DNA of 64,000 nucleotides from Amphiscolops sp. MND2022 (lineage: Eukaryota): contig OZ076412.1 of NCBI GenBank assembly GCA_964187785.1, positions 11,098,001 to 11,162,000 on the forward strand, written 5' to 3'. The position numbers and the translations under genes were made by a program. Every line of letters starts with the position of its first letter. Position 1 is the stretch's first letter. Positions 46,701 to 61,700 of this stretch are shown piece after piece. Below the pieces are notes generated by a model that saw nothing but the letters and a program-made list of their open reading frames with translations, made no database searches and was not told the origin of the DNA.

Positions 46701-49700
46701 GCTTGAAAAAGCTGGTTTTGTCCTCTTCAGGTTATGTTGACTAGCGAAGAATGATAAGTTTGGTTTCTCTGTAATTTGATAAATTCGAGGCTGCTTAATT
46801 AGACTTGCTCTTATGATGAATGACAAAGCGTTTTAATAGTAGGAATTTACTGCGAAATGGAGTGAAGCGTTGCGAAACATGGATTTTGAGTTTACGACCC
46901 AGAAACAAAAGATTGAGCAACCTATTTCATGTTTAATTTTTAAGTGTTTCAGTTTTTTTCACAATTCTAGATAAAACTCACGATCGATAGGTTATACGAA
47001 TTTTTAATAATGATGGAACCATTTTCCGCATTCCTAACTCAGGTGCTGTAAAATATATGAAAATGCCTTCATATGTAATTCACAAGTGATTAATGTCAAT
47101 TTTGCTGAGAAATTTTGCGCCTCAAAACGTGTAGAGGAAGGGCGAAATTGTTGAGCTGTTTTAAGACGTGCGATCGTAATGGCTTTTATATTAACTCATA
47201 AACCCGGTCGATGCACTGGCTCGAGGATGCGTGTAACTGCACCCCTGGGAGCTAATGGAATAATTATTGGATGTTATTGGAATTTTATGAGTCGAGAAGC
47301 AACGGAGCCACTTTTTATGCATTGCTGGCTCTGCCAACTTCCCCAAAAGGAGGGACTTCAAAGTCATACAAGGAAATTGTTCCATTCGCAGTGTCATTTT
47401 AATGGAAATCAGCATCGTGAAATGGGACCTCCTCTGTGAATGGTATAAAAGTAATGAGTTGCAAAATTGTAGTGTGAGCTTAATTCCCAACTCCACGGAT
47501 GCGTATTTTAGCTGGCTCACTTTCGACTATTACATACCGTTCGTCTTCAAAACCCCCTCCCTTTGATTGCTTCAGTATTCTAAGATACGGTCAAAAGTGC
47601 TCTATGCCATAGCGTTAGCCCTTAGATGTTTGGCAATATCATTGGAAGCAACTACACTTGTCATTGGGGTTTTGTGAAAAAGTTCTAAAGAGAAATTTTA
47701 AACGTAATACTTTAAAAGTTTTTACCGCGGCACCTACGTGGGTCGTCTTGGTGGATGTTGATAATTTGCAGTGTTGGTTAAAAAACGTTCAAAAGTTTTT
47801 TAACAGTTTGAGAGCTGAAAACTCAATTCATTTCCTCATCACAAAAACTACTCAGAAAATGAAACTTACGACTTTCTGCTTCCGGTTTCACTCTCTTCCG
47901 AATAATTCCACTCATGAGAGTGTAAAATAATTCCTCTCATTCATAATCCTGAAAAACCAATCACAAGATGAAGGATTCTGCACAACTAAAAGGAGGTCTG
48001 CGATAATAAAAAGAAACTATAACTGTTTTAAAACACCCATGGAAAATGGCAATGGTTTAAACACCCTGTTTTAAAACATGCCAACTGGATAATTTGTAAA
48101 TAAATTTTTGTTTCAGATCGTCTTCGACTCCGTGTACATAGTGAAATCGTACAAAGTGAAGAGCAAAGAGCAAGTGTTGAGTCTCCAGTACTCGCGACCG
48201 GGCGATGCAGTTCCCTTCACCAGCAGATTGTACACGGAGAAGGGCTCTGCCGAGCTGACAGTAAACGAGTACATGCCCTTCCCCAGCTACTTCTTCCAGA
48301 CCAAACTGAAGCCTCCTTTCGTGATGAAGAACCTGCGCATCAGCTTCATCAGACCCCTGTACCACAACAAGTCCAGCCCGGCTGACAGCCCAAACTTCGC
48401 CGATGAAATGACTTTCTCCTTCAAGGCCGGTCTTTTGTGCCAATTCAACAGTTAGTTCTCATCAACCAAATGTTGTTTCCGTCATGATAAGTAAACAAGA
48501 CGAGAACGTCTGAAGTCGGCGCCATACCCAAGGCTCAAAAAAAGTTCGAAGTTTTCAAAATATGCTCAGGACGTCTTTTATGAAAAACTCCATAAAGTTT
48601 CGAAATTTGAATCACGTAGTGCCGAAAAACGCAAAATAGGAGACCCTTTGGGCATTTCATCATCCAGTTGGATGCAGAAAATACCCCCTTCGGGAAAAAG
48701 ACACACTGCCAAAAAAAACAGTAAAACCAAACCTGAGTTGTCTAGTAACGAAAAAAGCTTTAAAAGCGATGACACCCTTTGGAAGCATCTGAGATTGCTT
48801 TCTAGTAAGGTAGGAAGGCCTCGAGAAGTTCTGTAAAAAATGGACCTTTCAGTGTGAGGTCTGTGGTCTGGAGAAAACAATCTCTGTAAGAGTCGGGTAT
48901 GTTTTGTTTCACAAAAAGCGTCGACTAAAAAGGACCTTTTGTGCTGAAACTCAGTTTTCATGTTGTGAGAAATACGAAAGGAGCCCGCGTTAGAAGGAGG
49001 GCGAGTCGGAGAGAGTTGAAGAGGGTTTCGTATACGCTGCAAGCTGCAGAGCCTCCTTGCAGTGTCACTATCGGTCCCGTATAAGTAAATATTAAATTTA
49101 TGAATAAATACTCGTCCATCATGATAGAAAGAGTAAACTGAAGAAGTCAGTACAACACAGCAAGTTTTGAAATTATCCGGACTAAAATTGATGTTGAAAA
49201 CAATTACTACCTTCCCCAAAAACCGCACTCGTTTTCGTGCCAGATAATGTTTTTTCTCGAAAAAAATTTTCATTCGGAGAAGTTCAACGAAAGCTGTCCT
49301 GTGTCACTGGTACAAAAAGTTTAATTTTGCTTCTCAAACTTTTGAAGTCCTTCAATGACGTAATCGTTGTAGATTGTGTTCCGTTGTTTTTTCAGCTCTG
49401 GAATCGTACACCATAACAGAACCATTCGAAGACCACCCGGATGTTGGTTATGACGGTAAAGCAGTGAAAGGCTTCCTCAAAGACGGTCTTGGTTCTTTGG
49501 TGTTCAACGGGGGCTCCGAGTCGCAATACGTGGAATGGATCAAAAAGAGCGACGAATCCAAAGTGGAGATGAACTTCGCTTTCAGACTCAAACAGAACGT
49601 CACTTCACTCACGTTGAATTTCGACAAGGCAACTTACGAGCTGTACTCGCCAGAGACAGTGACTTGCTACGCGCAGCTGGAAAGGCATTCCGATATTTCC

Positions 49701-52700
49701 AAGGGCGCTTCTGCCAGTGCGGTAGTCCCTACATATGTGGACTCGTTGGAAATGAGCCTAGGTTTTATCGCACATAACGTGCACTGCGAAATGTTCTACC
49801 GATCCAGTGAACAGTCTATACGATTGAAATCCGTCAAGTTTGATTCAAGTAAGATCCCAAAATCCTCTGCTTTGATCTTTTTGCCATACTTGGTATAAAA
49901 TTGCACGATTCACGTGACTACGATTTACGTGAGTAAAACTTATAATCCTGCTTATTGATAGGGCTCTAAAAAACCTAAGAATCAGATACTAATTAAACGG
50001 AGTTTATTGTATATCACACTATTGTATAAGTAACTAAAATGTTACTAAAAAGTTACTGAGTTAAGAGGAAAATGTGTCAGAAACTGAAATGATTTAGGCA
50101 GGCGAAAAGATTCTAATCGGGATTTCTAAACGTCAGTTGTTGATACTGTTTCACTTTGTGATGTTTTTTAGGAAATGCGACTGCTGCTGAAATAGACGCT
50201 ACCAACCCAGACAAAGGTCAGTGTTTTGCCAATTCTGCGTTTCGCCTATCTCAAAACATAGCTACGCAACTGCACACAATGATACCAAAATAGTGTTTCC
50301 AAAAGTACAAGATTGCCAGAGAACATTGCCTGTGCATCTGGATAACATGCCAGATCTTTTCATTACAATTGTCTGATCCACTCAGTAGTGTTACGTGTTT
50401 TATACCAGTGAACATGTATAAGACTCCACTGTTTCCAAGAAATGGATGCTAGAAATGATTCAAAAAATTAGATCAATTTCTCCGTGAATTTCGTCTCTCC
50501 TCAACTTATCGACTGACGAATTCACAGTGAAAACGGAATCCTTTTGTCAACCAAATAGTCGGCAAACTTCTGTTTTGTATCAAAATATTTTGAAAACGGG
50601 AAAGTTTATTGCCATAAAGTTTCGACTAAAAGTGAACATTATCAGATATTAATTCATCCCTGTTGTTTCCAGTAAAAGCATGGCTTTCCTGGCTTCGTTC
50701 CTGCGAGCTTGCGCCTACCTAAAGTAGTTACCTGACGGAATGTGATGCCGCTTCAGATTGCTGATTTTAGAATTTGTTTACTAAGGAAAGGTTATTCAGA
50801 AGTAGTAGTAGTACAGACAGTCTCATCGTATTCTTGGGAATGAAATTTAAACAAAAGCTCTTGAATCGGTGTGTTGGTTTTACTGCAGTGAAACAGCTGA
50901 GCTCACACAGATCTTGTAGTTCAAGTTCCGCCATATGCCTTCGTTGACTCAAAACAGTTTTCTAAGCTCTTGAGGTCCTTTCACGGGAAAACATGAAGCT
51001 TCTTAGCAAATTTTGTAAAGTAACAGTGAATTAAATTTAAATTGAAGTGCTCCAAATTCAATTTGCTGAGAAATGGTGAACTTCACGAATCTTTCATTTT
51101 CGCTTTTAAAAGATAAAATTTAGTATTTTTGTGAATTGAAATTGAAGAGTTTATGAAGGAAATAATGTAAAATCGTCGATCGATATACGGAAAGTTGCAA
51201 AAGTTGTTTTTTCCTCGTCCTATGAATGATTTCCAACTTGAAGTTTCACTCTTGGTTGTGCAATGCGATAAAATAGCGTCTTTATTCTAATTGAAATCGC
51301 TGTTTTCTAAAAGGGTATATCAGAAGTTTCGCCTCTCGAAAATTCCAAATTAGGTTCAGGAGTTTCATTTACAAGTACCTTTCTCCTTGCAATCAAAGTC
51401 GTTCTATCCATTAACTAATTAGGAGTGTGTTAACAATGACCTCTAATGGGGGATTTAGTTACCCCTCAGGAATGGGGTATATGAGGAATGGAAAACTTCA
51501 ATGTAAGCCGCGTTCCAATCGAAACGGAAAAATTTTAGCTCGATAGTTTAAGCTTAGGCTTCAGCTAAAATGGACTCGGTATTTGAAACTTTATAATGAT
51601 TCGAGACGGAAAAAATATGAATGTTGGGCCAACATTTGTTTTATGAATAAGAGAGTCGAGATGTCAGAATAAACGACCGAGTTGAGGGAGGGGGCATTGA
51701 TTTACGGCTTTTTTGGATTTCTCTGTGCCGTAAATCATGAAATACACACACTGCTGATTTCCTCACTCTGATGTAAATATGGCTCATGGTCCTAACTGCG
51801 TTCAATTATTACGTCATTGATCGCGTGATCATATTCCTTTTCCTGTTGCCATTTTTTCGTATGGTGGCTACTTTTGTGCTGACATTTTATGCAACGCTGA
51901 AATTTCTGTTGTTGGCTTGGGGGGATGAGGAAATTTCAAACTTGTAAATTGACTGCAAGGATTTTGTCAAGAATAGCCGCGCAGTTATGCTGTCTGTCAG
52001 CAGTCAAAAAAGTAATCTCTCTGCTTTCTATTGAGATAATCATACCATCTTGGCACGGACGATGAAAGAGTGTATGTATTAGCCATTCTAAATAACAGGA
52101 AGTGTGCCCAACACATGACATACGGGGGGGGGGGTTTCGGTAGAGTAGTCAGTACATAGTGTCCTCTATCTGAAAGTTGACTTTATATGCCAATGTTTTA
52201 CTTTCACAGGCGGCACAGTTGGTTCTGTTCATTTTGATTGAGCTAATGGGTCTTGGATGGTATTATACACGACGACCACCGCGGACGTCCAAATTGACTT
52301 TTCATTTTTTCCGAATTAATATCAGCTATCTCAACCACAGCACTTCATTATATATAACCCCCCGTGGGAATGTTTTCAAATTTCCTTTCCCACAATTTGT
52401 TTTCCCTCATTTCAAAGCTATGCATCTTCGAGACGCAGCACTGTTTGCCATCTCATTCCAAATTAGAATCCTGCCGAAAAATATCCGCAACAGCGGCTAC
52501 AAACTTGGCTAATACCGCAAAATGCCACCGACTTTTACAGGGAGGTTGCATTGTGTTGAAAGCTTACCGGTGGTATGAAACAATTTCGAGCACCAAAGGC
52601 TCTTGAAGAAAAAAAAACATTTGCTGAAAAATTTTGGGAAAACATTTGTTGCACTTTTTGCCCTTTACCGGGGTGAGGAGTTATGTGATGATTAAAGGAG

Positions 52701-55700
52701 CTTGTAAATTGGAAAAATTTTCAGAAGCTGAAAGCTTTCTGTTTGGTGGTCAGGTGTATCTCCGAAATATAACCTTTATTTCTTGAATTAAACGCTTGAA
52801 TATATGCTGCGAATACAGTTGAAAACTTGAATATAAGGTGCGGGTTGTATTGCCCTTATTCGGGGTAATACGGTATAATGTGAATGAAATTTAAACATGT
52901 AAGTGAAGGTAAGATGGTTGCAGTTTTATAAAAAAATCCAAATGCTGATGGCTATTTTGGTCAACCAGTTGTCGTTGTATTGAGAAGTGTTTTGGTGGTT
53001 GTTCACCTGAGCTGGATAGCAACTGAAGTTGATTGCTTTTCATCATTCTTTTATCAACTAGGTCGAGTGATTCTGCTGACTTCAATTGTTTGCAGAGCTG
53101 AGAGATCGATTAGTTGATACTTCTCGCAGGACTGAAAGTTGACCAGAGGAAAAATACAGGAAAAAAGAAAAGGGGAAAATATGGGGGTGGTATTTGTATA
53201 AGCGAATGTAATGAATTTTTTGAAAAATAGAACGAAGTCTTTTCTGTTAGACCCCACCCCAGCTTACTGATGAAATGATTTATCCCCTGGCTGATACTCT
53301 TTTTTGGATCATATTGGGTTGCTTTGACATAAACTTGCGACCCGGTTTTTTTAAATTCTGTCATACTTGAGATATTTTTCTTTTGAATGTTAAAGACACA
53401 TCGCAAATTATCCAACCAGTACAGTAGCGTTCTAAAATATCGCAACTCCAATGCTTAAAATTGCAAATTTCAAATCCAAATTTCTTGAAAACTGTCACAA
53501 ATACAAAGTTTTGCCAGCTAGGGAAGTTTCTTAGAATTTTATCTAGTTTACAAAAATGTTTGTTTGAAATTTCTGCGACAAAAATTACAAAAGTTAGAAA
53601 TTGGAAATTTTGACAAAATTTAATCAAATTTGTACTTTTTCTGGATTTTCACAAAGTTGAAAATATATTTTTGAAAAATTTTCAGTCCATCATTTGCCCC
53701 TAAATCTCCTGAGGATGCTGATATAATTTGATTGGAAAACTTTTTCGATTTCAAATAAAAATCATCAATTTTCTAAATACAATTCTTATAGCCTATCTTA
53801 ATACATGTACTTCAGTGCTCATAGACACAAAATATAGTGTATTTTTTCTGATTCGAAAAAAAATCTCAATCAAAACAATTCCTTAGGTTCGGGAGATTAT
53901 AGGAAGTTTCCCAATGAAAAAAAATCCAAAAAAAATTCTAAGTTACTCAATTTTCGAAAAAACTCAAATTTCAATTAAAATTTACTAAAATTTGCAATTT
54001 CTAACTTTTTTGGTAACGGTCGTAGAAATTTCAAACATTTTTGTAAACTAGATAAAATTCTAAGAAACTTTCCTAGCTGGCAAAACTTTGTATTCGTGAC
54101 AGTTTATGAGATATTTGGTTTTGAATTTTGCCATTTTATGCTATGAGGTTGCGATATTTTAGAACGCTACTGTATATTTCTATAATGCAAGCAGTGACTG
54201 CTTCATTTTTGCCGCTAACTTTTTAAGGGGGGCATAACAGAAAAGACAAAACATAAAATAGGGCTCTTTTCTGAAAATCCCTCACCACCACCAATTTTTT
54301 TCCAAAATTTGTGAAAATATTATAACAAAAAGACTTTTATACAAACCAGAAACATTGTTCACACTATTTTTGCCTATGAAGTCACGCATTCTTAATGAAG
54401 AAATCAACAGCTTCCTGTTTCGAGTCAGTAGTCCTGTTTTCGAGTGAATACGGACATAATTATAGTCACAATGTGTGAAAATGATTTGTTCAAACAAAAA
54501 ACTATTCTAATAAACGTTTAACTTTTCCTGTTATGGAAGAAGGTTTCACTTTTAATTAGGCTCGTCTGGTGGTGGTGGGGGGGGGGGCGGTTTGAGGAAC
54601 AGAAAAGACAAAAACAAAAAGTAGAAAGTATTTAGTTGATGACGTAATTGATGAAGACAAGTTTGACGAGTGAAGTGAATTTTCAGCTCCCACTTTGAGT
54701 CCCCTGCCTGATGGCAGCGAGGGAGACGGGGGAGATACCGACTCCCCCAGCGGTGGCGGGGGTGATTCCGCCGGCGGTGATGGCAACGGGGCCGATGGCG
54801 CCTCGGGCGCGGGCGGCGGTTCATCCAATTCAGGTGAATTTAGTCACAAACTCAACAAAAACTCCGCAACTGCCACGTGAACAACAATCGATCAATCCTA
54901 TTTTGGGCTTTGGCTTTTGTCTGTCACGTGGCCGTTCACGTGGTTGTTTCCTAACTGACAGCTAGGGTTACAGCCATGTATAGATGAGACGATTACGTAC
55001 CAAATAACATAAGTGCAAATAACAAAAAGAAAATTAGTCCCATTTTACAAAAAATGAAATGAGTTTCAAATAACATAAAAGTAAAACCGAATACCCACCA
55101 AACAATCAAACTCGCGAACATTCATCTGTTATTTTCATACTTTTTTCAGTGAATCTTTTGAATTGTGAAAGCCTTTGACACCTAACAATTTTATTTTTAT
55201 GTTTAATGAAACTCATTTCATTTTTGTTATTTGAAACCAGAGTTTTAACACCGCTAATCAGCGATTTAGCGAATTAGCGGCCGCGCAGGAATTTTTCAGC
55301 GATTTCATTAACGATTCAAATTAGCGGTAACTGACAGACCCTCTAAATTCAAAATTTCTTCTGGGTATAGACGGTGCTTCAAAATGAATTTCGGAAAAAT
55401 TCCAACTCTTACCCTTGTAAAACAGGCACAGTACAAAAAATTCTAGTCTTTTTTCTGCAAATTCTGCAAAAACCGAATAACTTATTTCGAAACATACTTG
55501 AAGCTAAACATTTAATAGTTTGCAGAAAAAGCTTTTCAGCGAAATAGAGTTTTTCAAATTAGCGGTTTAGCGATTAGCGGAAAAAATTAGCGATGTCAAA
55601 ACCCTGTTCGAAACCAATTTAGTTTTTGTTAGTTGCTCTTATGTTATTTGGGAATCCACCAGATGAGACGACGACGACAACAGCCTTCGTTGTTGGTGCT

Positions 55701-58700
55701 ATTCCCTAATGGCTCATACTATACTCCTAAGTACCTACCTGCTGCTGCTTTTACCTTATAATTCATGGAATCATGGCCTTCCATCGCCGCCACCACCTAT
55801 GATCTGATGAATACTGATATGATCAACCTTGTTGGATACTACTTTCTTCACTATACCCTGTTCTAAATTCTTTTTTGTCTGGATCTGGTTTATTCAATTA
55901 ACAATTTAATTTGTTTTGATTGACGATTAATACGTAATAACCAACCAATAAACAACCAACAAATACAAAGTCTGAACTGACCAAATACAAACAATTTGTC
56001 TCACGCTCAGTCACGGTACTGTACATGTATACATGGAAGAGCACTGTGTGCACTGTTCGCCGGTTTTTAATCGCTGCTTTCTGGAAAATTCCATTCGAAA
56101 TGGATTAAAAAACTGTCCTAGATTGGTTACTATACTCTTGTTTTCATTCTCATTGACTGTTGAATCTAATTTAATAAACCAATTCATGGTTCTTTTCAGC
56201 CCCCTCCACTATCAATTTTTTGGCAATCGTCAAAATATTGAGACAAAAAACTAAAAACCAAATCAGAAACCTTAAATTTTAAATTTAATTTCAAGATAAC
56301 AGTTTAGGGCCCAGGTATGAACTTTGTTCACGCTATGTCTCATGAAGTCACGCATTCTTGATTAGTCACAAAAAACAGTTAATTCGAACATCATCACAGT
56401 CAAAATGTGTGGAAAATGTTTTGTTCGAATGAAAAACTACTCCAATAGAAGTTAACTTCCTGTTATCGAAAAAATTTCACTTTTGATCAAGCCAATTTGA
56501 AAAACTTTACTAAAATTTCATTTCAAAAATTTTGATGGTGGGGGCAGAAAAGAGCCCAATTCATCAGTTTGACAGTCATTCATTGTTGACAAGGTGAGAA
56601 CATGTTTTTTTTAAATCCTAAAAATTACACTTTTTCATTAATTTACCAAAAACCAACAATTTGATCTAGACGTCACAATATCTTTGAAGAATTCAACTAA
56701 TGCTATTGAAAAAAGGGCATCTGAAATCTTTCAGTAGTGTTTATTGAAATCTTATCGTTTCATACCAACCTTGAATAATTCGTTACAACCTTGGTGTACA
56801 CGTTTTTTTGGTATTTTGCAAAAATGAATTTTCTAAGTTGAGAAAAAATGAATCCTCGTGTAATTCTTCTATGAAATTTGGGACGACGTCTTTTACTAAT
56901 GAGTTTGATTTGATTATCGTTCTCTGCAAATTTGGCGCATTTGGTATCAAAATTTATGCTTGAAGTTACGTAACCGGTGATTACCAAATTAGTCAGTATT
57001 TTTCAATATTGATTGTCAGCTGCGACAAAAATGGTGATTTTGTTGAATTACTGAATCATATTTAGCAAGACCCCTTTCACTTTTTCGAGAGTCTTCAATT
57101 TATTAGCCTAATTTGCTTTCGTCGGCGCATTAGCTTGGCTGTAGCTGAGAAATAGATGCCTATACTCTCGAGATAATTGCTGCTTTTACAAAAGCTGGAG
57201 GCGTCGAAAAAATTATAGTCTCAAAAAGTACTGCGAACCTCATTACATAGCTCAATTAATCGATTTTAAGTTCTCTCTTCTCTCGAAGACAACTCTTGAT
57301 ATAAGTCTGCAGAAGCGCAAAGTTGAATGATGTGTTTTCTTACATAACACCCACTTTTTCGACTAAATAATCACATTTCTCATGTGCATTTTCAAAAAGT
57401 TGTAATAGCACTCGGATTAACTCTGAATTGAGATTTGGAGCATTAAGAGATGAGTGATTAAACACACAAAAACGTTGGGTGAAGTGAGCGCATATTCATT
57501 TACCTGTAAACGTGGTGTGCACATTTGATGACTAATCGGTATTTTGTTTACCTTTTTGCGTTTTCTTGTTGTTTGCTCAATACTACAACTTATCCATTTT
57601 TAAGTTTAATCATTTTGGGCACTAAAACGACTGATGTTTTCCCAGATGAAAATATTTCTGACTGGTTCCTTGAAATTTTTAAATTGCTGTTTAATTTTCA
57701 GGAGACAAAGGGGGTAGCGACAAAGGCAGCGGTTCGGGGAGCGGGGGCAACAAAGACAGCGATGACCCAACCATCAGCTTCTTTGACAATTCCAGCATGA
57801 AGTACCTGACGTTGATTATTTTGGTCATGGCAAGTCTTTGTGGAGTTGTGTTGACCATAGTAGCCGTTGGCATCGGCTGGATTTGTTACAGACGCAAGAA
57901 GCTGCAACTCAAGAAGAAATACGAATCAGGTGAGCAGCCGAAAAGCAGCCCGCAATCACCACAATGCAGACCACCCGTTCCTCCCGGGGTTGTGCGCTGC
58001 AATCATGAAATATGCAGCCGAGACCAACGATATTGCATCTCTTATTTGTTGCAATGAATTTTGCTCCTGGGTTTTTTATAACAACTGACTGAAGGTTGTG
58101 TGAATGAACGAACGCATGTTTGGAAATGGTTTGATTCATATCACAAGTCAATTTTTAAAGCAAGAGCTGGTGCCGATTTTTTTTCGTCCAGAGTCCGACT
58201 AATTTTTCCAGACTTCACGCTTTAATGTCTTCTTTGAGAAAACAAAGCATCCATTGGATTCTTGTAAACTATCAAAAGTTGCTTATGCGGGGCTGTTTTT
58301 ATTTTCTAGGTTTCCAAAAAATCGTTCCTCTATGACATGGAAAAAATGATTTTTCAGTTTTTTCTTACTACTGTTTTTGTGTTCAATGCTCAGACTATTA
58401 GCTTAAATTTCAGAGTATAGCATGGAAGGTAATCATTAGACCAGAGTTTTGACACCGCTAATCAGCGAATTAGCAGCCGCGAAAAATTTTTCAGCGATTC
58501 AAATTAGCGGCAACTGATAGATTGTCCAAATTCAAAACTCTGAGTATACTTGAGTTTCGAAGTTAATTTCGAAGAATTCCAACTCGAAAAAGCGATTTTG
58601 AAATTAGCGGTTTAGCGATTAGTGAAAAAAATTAGCGATATCAAAACCCTGCATTGGACTAAGATTTCGCTTTCTGTAGCCAACTTCTATTCAAATGAAA

Positions 58701-61700
58701 CTTCACTTGCTGTCTTCGTATTTCAAAAATGTTAACCATGACACCAATCTTGAAATCAATTGTCATTGAACAACACTTGTCTCGTTTTAAAATCTGATGA
58801 TCAAAAATCTGATTCCGGAACATCACACCCGGCTCTGAAAACATTTTTTTATGACCTTTTCGTTCGAATTTGCTTTTCTGAAGAAAGTGTTTCTAATTGA
58901 AATAAATCTGTGTTAAGTTTATTGACCGGTCGCAGTATTTGAACAGAAGAAGGTCTTGTTATGATTGACAGATGCTGTGTGATTGCATTTAATCTTGCTG
59001 ATTGTTTCAGCTTACGTCAAAGGTGAATTTTTTGGGTCAGGACCTCCCACGGAGCATCCTTACCAAGCATTATCTCAACTGGATCAGTATGAAACCCCAA
59101 GATACCACATGAACGCTACTTTGGACATAGCGGGGCGACAGTTACCCGATATCCCACCCATGTCCCATCATCCACACCCAGAAGGTGAGCTAACTCCCAG
59201 GGTGAAACTCCTCCCTTTTGAAAATATAAATGTTTATATACACTTACCACCCCCTCTGGAATTGTATAATTTTTATGCCCCCCCCCTTGCCAACTGCACA
59301 ACATATAGGCACTTGAGTCTGTGCATCTGCTCAATATACAACGAATGTTGCGACCGACTGAAGATTCTGCTTTTACCTCTACCTTAATGCACCGGTGCCA
59401 CTGATAATTCTGTATTTAGTTTGAAGTCATTTTCCGGGCCAAGCTTTAAGTAAGATTAATACCATCTTTATTTGCCGTGTTAATACTGAAGATGGTAAGA
59501 AGCTTTTTCAGGTCGCTTCAAATTTTTACAGCATTAATAAGATTATATACTCAGACACTTTGAAAGCATCAGGCATTAAGTAGTCTCTAATTTGCATTTG
59601 TAGGAACTATATACAGTAGTATTTCAAAATTTTGAAACAACTTTGCTGTCTAGTCGTGGAATTTGAGACACAAAACTAGGAAAAGAATGACGTCAGAGAA
59701 TCAATTTTTTTGACCAATTTGTAGGGTCATTTTAAAAAATCTCATGCTGTCAAGTTGTAAAATGATACATGACTCAGTTGGTATTCATGGATTCTTTTCC
59801 TTTTTTGTTAGTGTACTTTCTAGGTCATTTGTTGATTTTTGATTGTTATTTATTAAGGTTCCATCAAGAACTACCGCACCGTGAATCTGAAACTGTCACA
59901 AAGTTTGTATTCCCTTCTTTTCTCTCTTCACTCTATTCTTAGTTACTGTCTTCTTCTTTGTGGTTGGATCAGACATTATTTTATCCTGTAATATTAATAC
60001 TTATAGTGATTCATGAATTGGTTGGCCAGGGTATACTAAATTCCATCATGTAATAATAAAATACCATAGCCACTACTCGTTCAATCAGACTACTACTACT
60101 AATGATGTTAACATAACAGTCACTTGGCTTCTGGAACACTTGCTGTAGCGCCTATATCTTTATGGCAACACATTTTGTATGAACACATCTCTTTAGTTTC
60201 TTTTTTCCGTTTTCTCTGCTCCGGTATTTTTCCTTTTTCCAACTTTTTTCCTCCAACAAAAACCTCCCCTCCCCTGTCCTACCCTTTCTGCCCCTCTGCC
60301 TCCACTGAAACGTACGATAATCGATCGGATCCACCTAGAAGAGGCGAAAGATCCACCTCTTAGCAACCACTTAATCATGTCTCTTGTCAGAGTTTTGACA
60401 ACGCTAATCCGCGCAGAATTTTTAAGCGATTCAAATTAGCGGCAGCTAATAGACCGTCCAAATTCAAAACTACCTCGAAGTATACACGGAGTTTCAATAT
60501 GAATTTCAACTCTTACCCTCGTAAAACCCACACAGTATGAAAAATTCTATAGTGTTTTTGTTGCAAAAACTGAATAAAGTTTTCAAAACATGTTTGAACA
60601 AAAAATGGTTTAGTGATTAGCGAAAAAAAATAGCGATGTCAAAAGCCTGTCTCACATGTTACTTTGCATGCTTGCAGAGAGGTGCGCTTCCAATCCGCTC
60701 TTTAGAATGGCACCGCCTCCTGAGTTGAGGAACAGTAGCCATACGTACAGTAGTCCTAATGTCACTCCCTATGTGGAGTCCATTGGAGGTTCCCAGTCAA
60801 ACTGTTCTCAACGAACAGAGCCCTTCTATTGTAAGTATGACCTCATCATTTCCATCTTGAAACAACTACAACCACCCAACTGCAATGAATATTTCTTTTA
60901 ATTCATGGATCCAGGCAACAAAATCTTGCTCGTCGTCGACGGACCACTCAATTTGTTTTCATCTTGTTGTTATTTTATCCCCCCGGTGTTGAAGCAGTAT
61001 TGCTCTGCAGTCATGGTTTGCCTCGACAATCTACCTTGTATCTTATTAAGTTGAAACCACCCCAAATCGCCTTATTACGTTGGTTTCAAGTTTACACCAT
61101 GAGTTCACAATCTTCATCGCCTGAAACGTTTTACATCGTTTCAGAGTTCCACGTTTTTGTAGCCATGTTTTGAAAAACGTTTTGTATTCATTCGCCGTCA
61201 CATTTTCATCTTTTTGAGGGTTAGGGCTTTCGAGAAGTTTTTAATCGACGGTTTGAGTTCAAAATAGTCGGAAATAAATTACAGGGAAGGTTTTAATTTG
61301 GGAGAAAGGGTCACCGCAAGTTTTCAGGTTTTCAATCTTCCATTCCTGTCTCAGGCTACTAGAGCAAGGAACTAGTTATAAAATCTGAAACTGAAACTCG
61401 GGTCAACTTTATTGTTTTTTTTGTGAATCTGTGCCTTGAAGCATTCGTGTGGCGAAGATTTTTCCTAGATCAATTCTGTGTTTGATGTGAACTGTATCTG
61501 AAATGACGCCGTTTGATATTTCGTAACAAATTGCTGTGTTGATTGATTATTTTTCTCTGAAGTGCGCAAAATGTCGAGAAATCGTGTATGCAATTTATTG
61601 CAATCTTTTTGTGTTCCATTGGACAAGTTATGAAATATGGATTACAGGTGATTAATTTTTGCTAAAGATTTCACTGTCTCCATAACATAAACCCTGAGTT

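Noticed and set aside
48578-49273. 231-aa minus-strand ORF
   Set aside because: It overlaps a HINE copy inside a DDR intron, has no start/stop context or recognisable domain, and has low-complexity repeat-derived composition.
54552-54828. Pro-rich and Arg/His-rich minus-strand ORFs
   Set aside because: Antisense shadows of the Gly-rich DDR exon and a G run.
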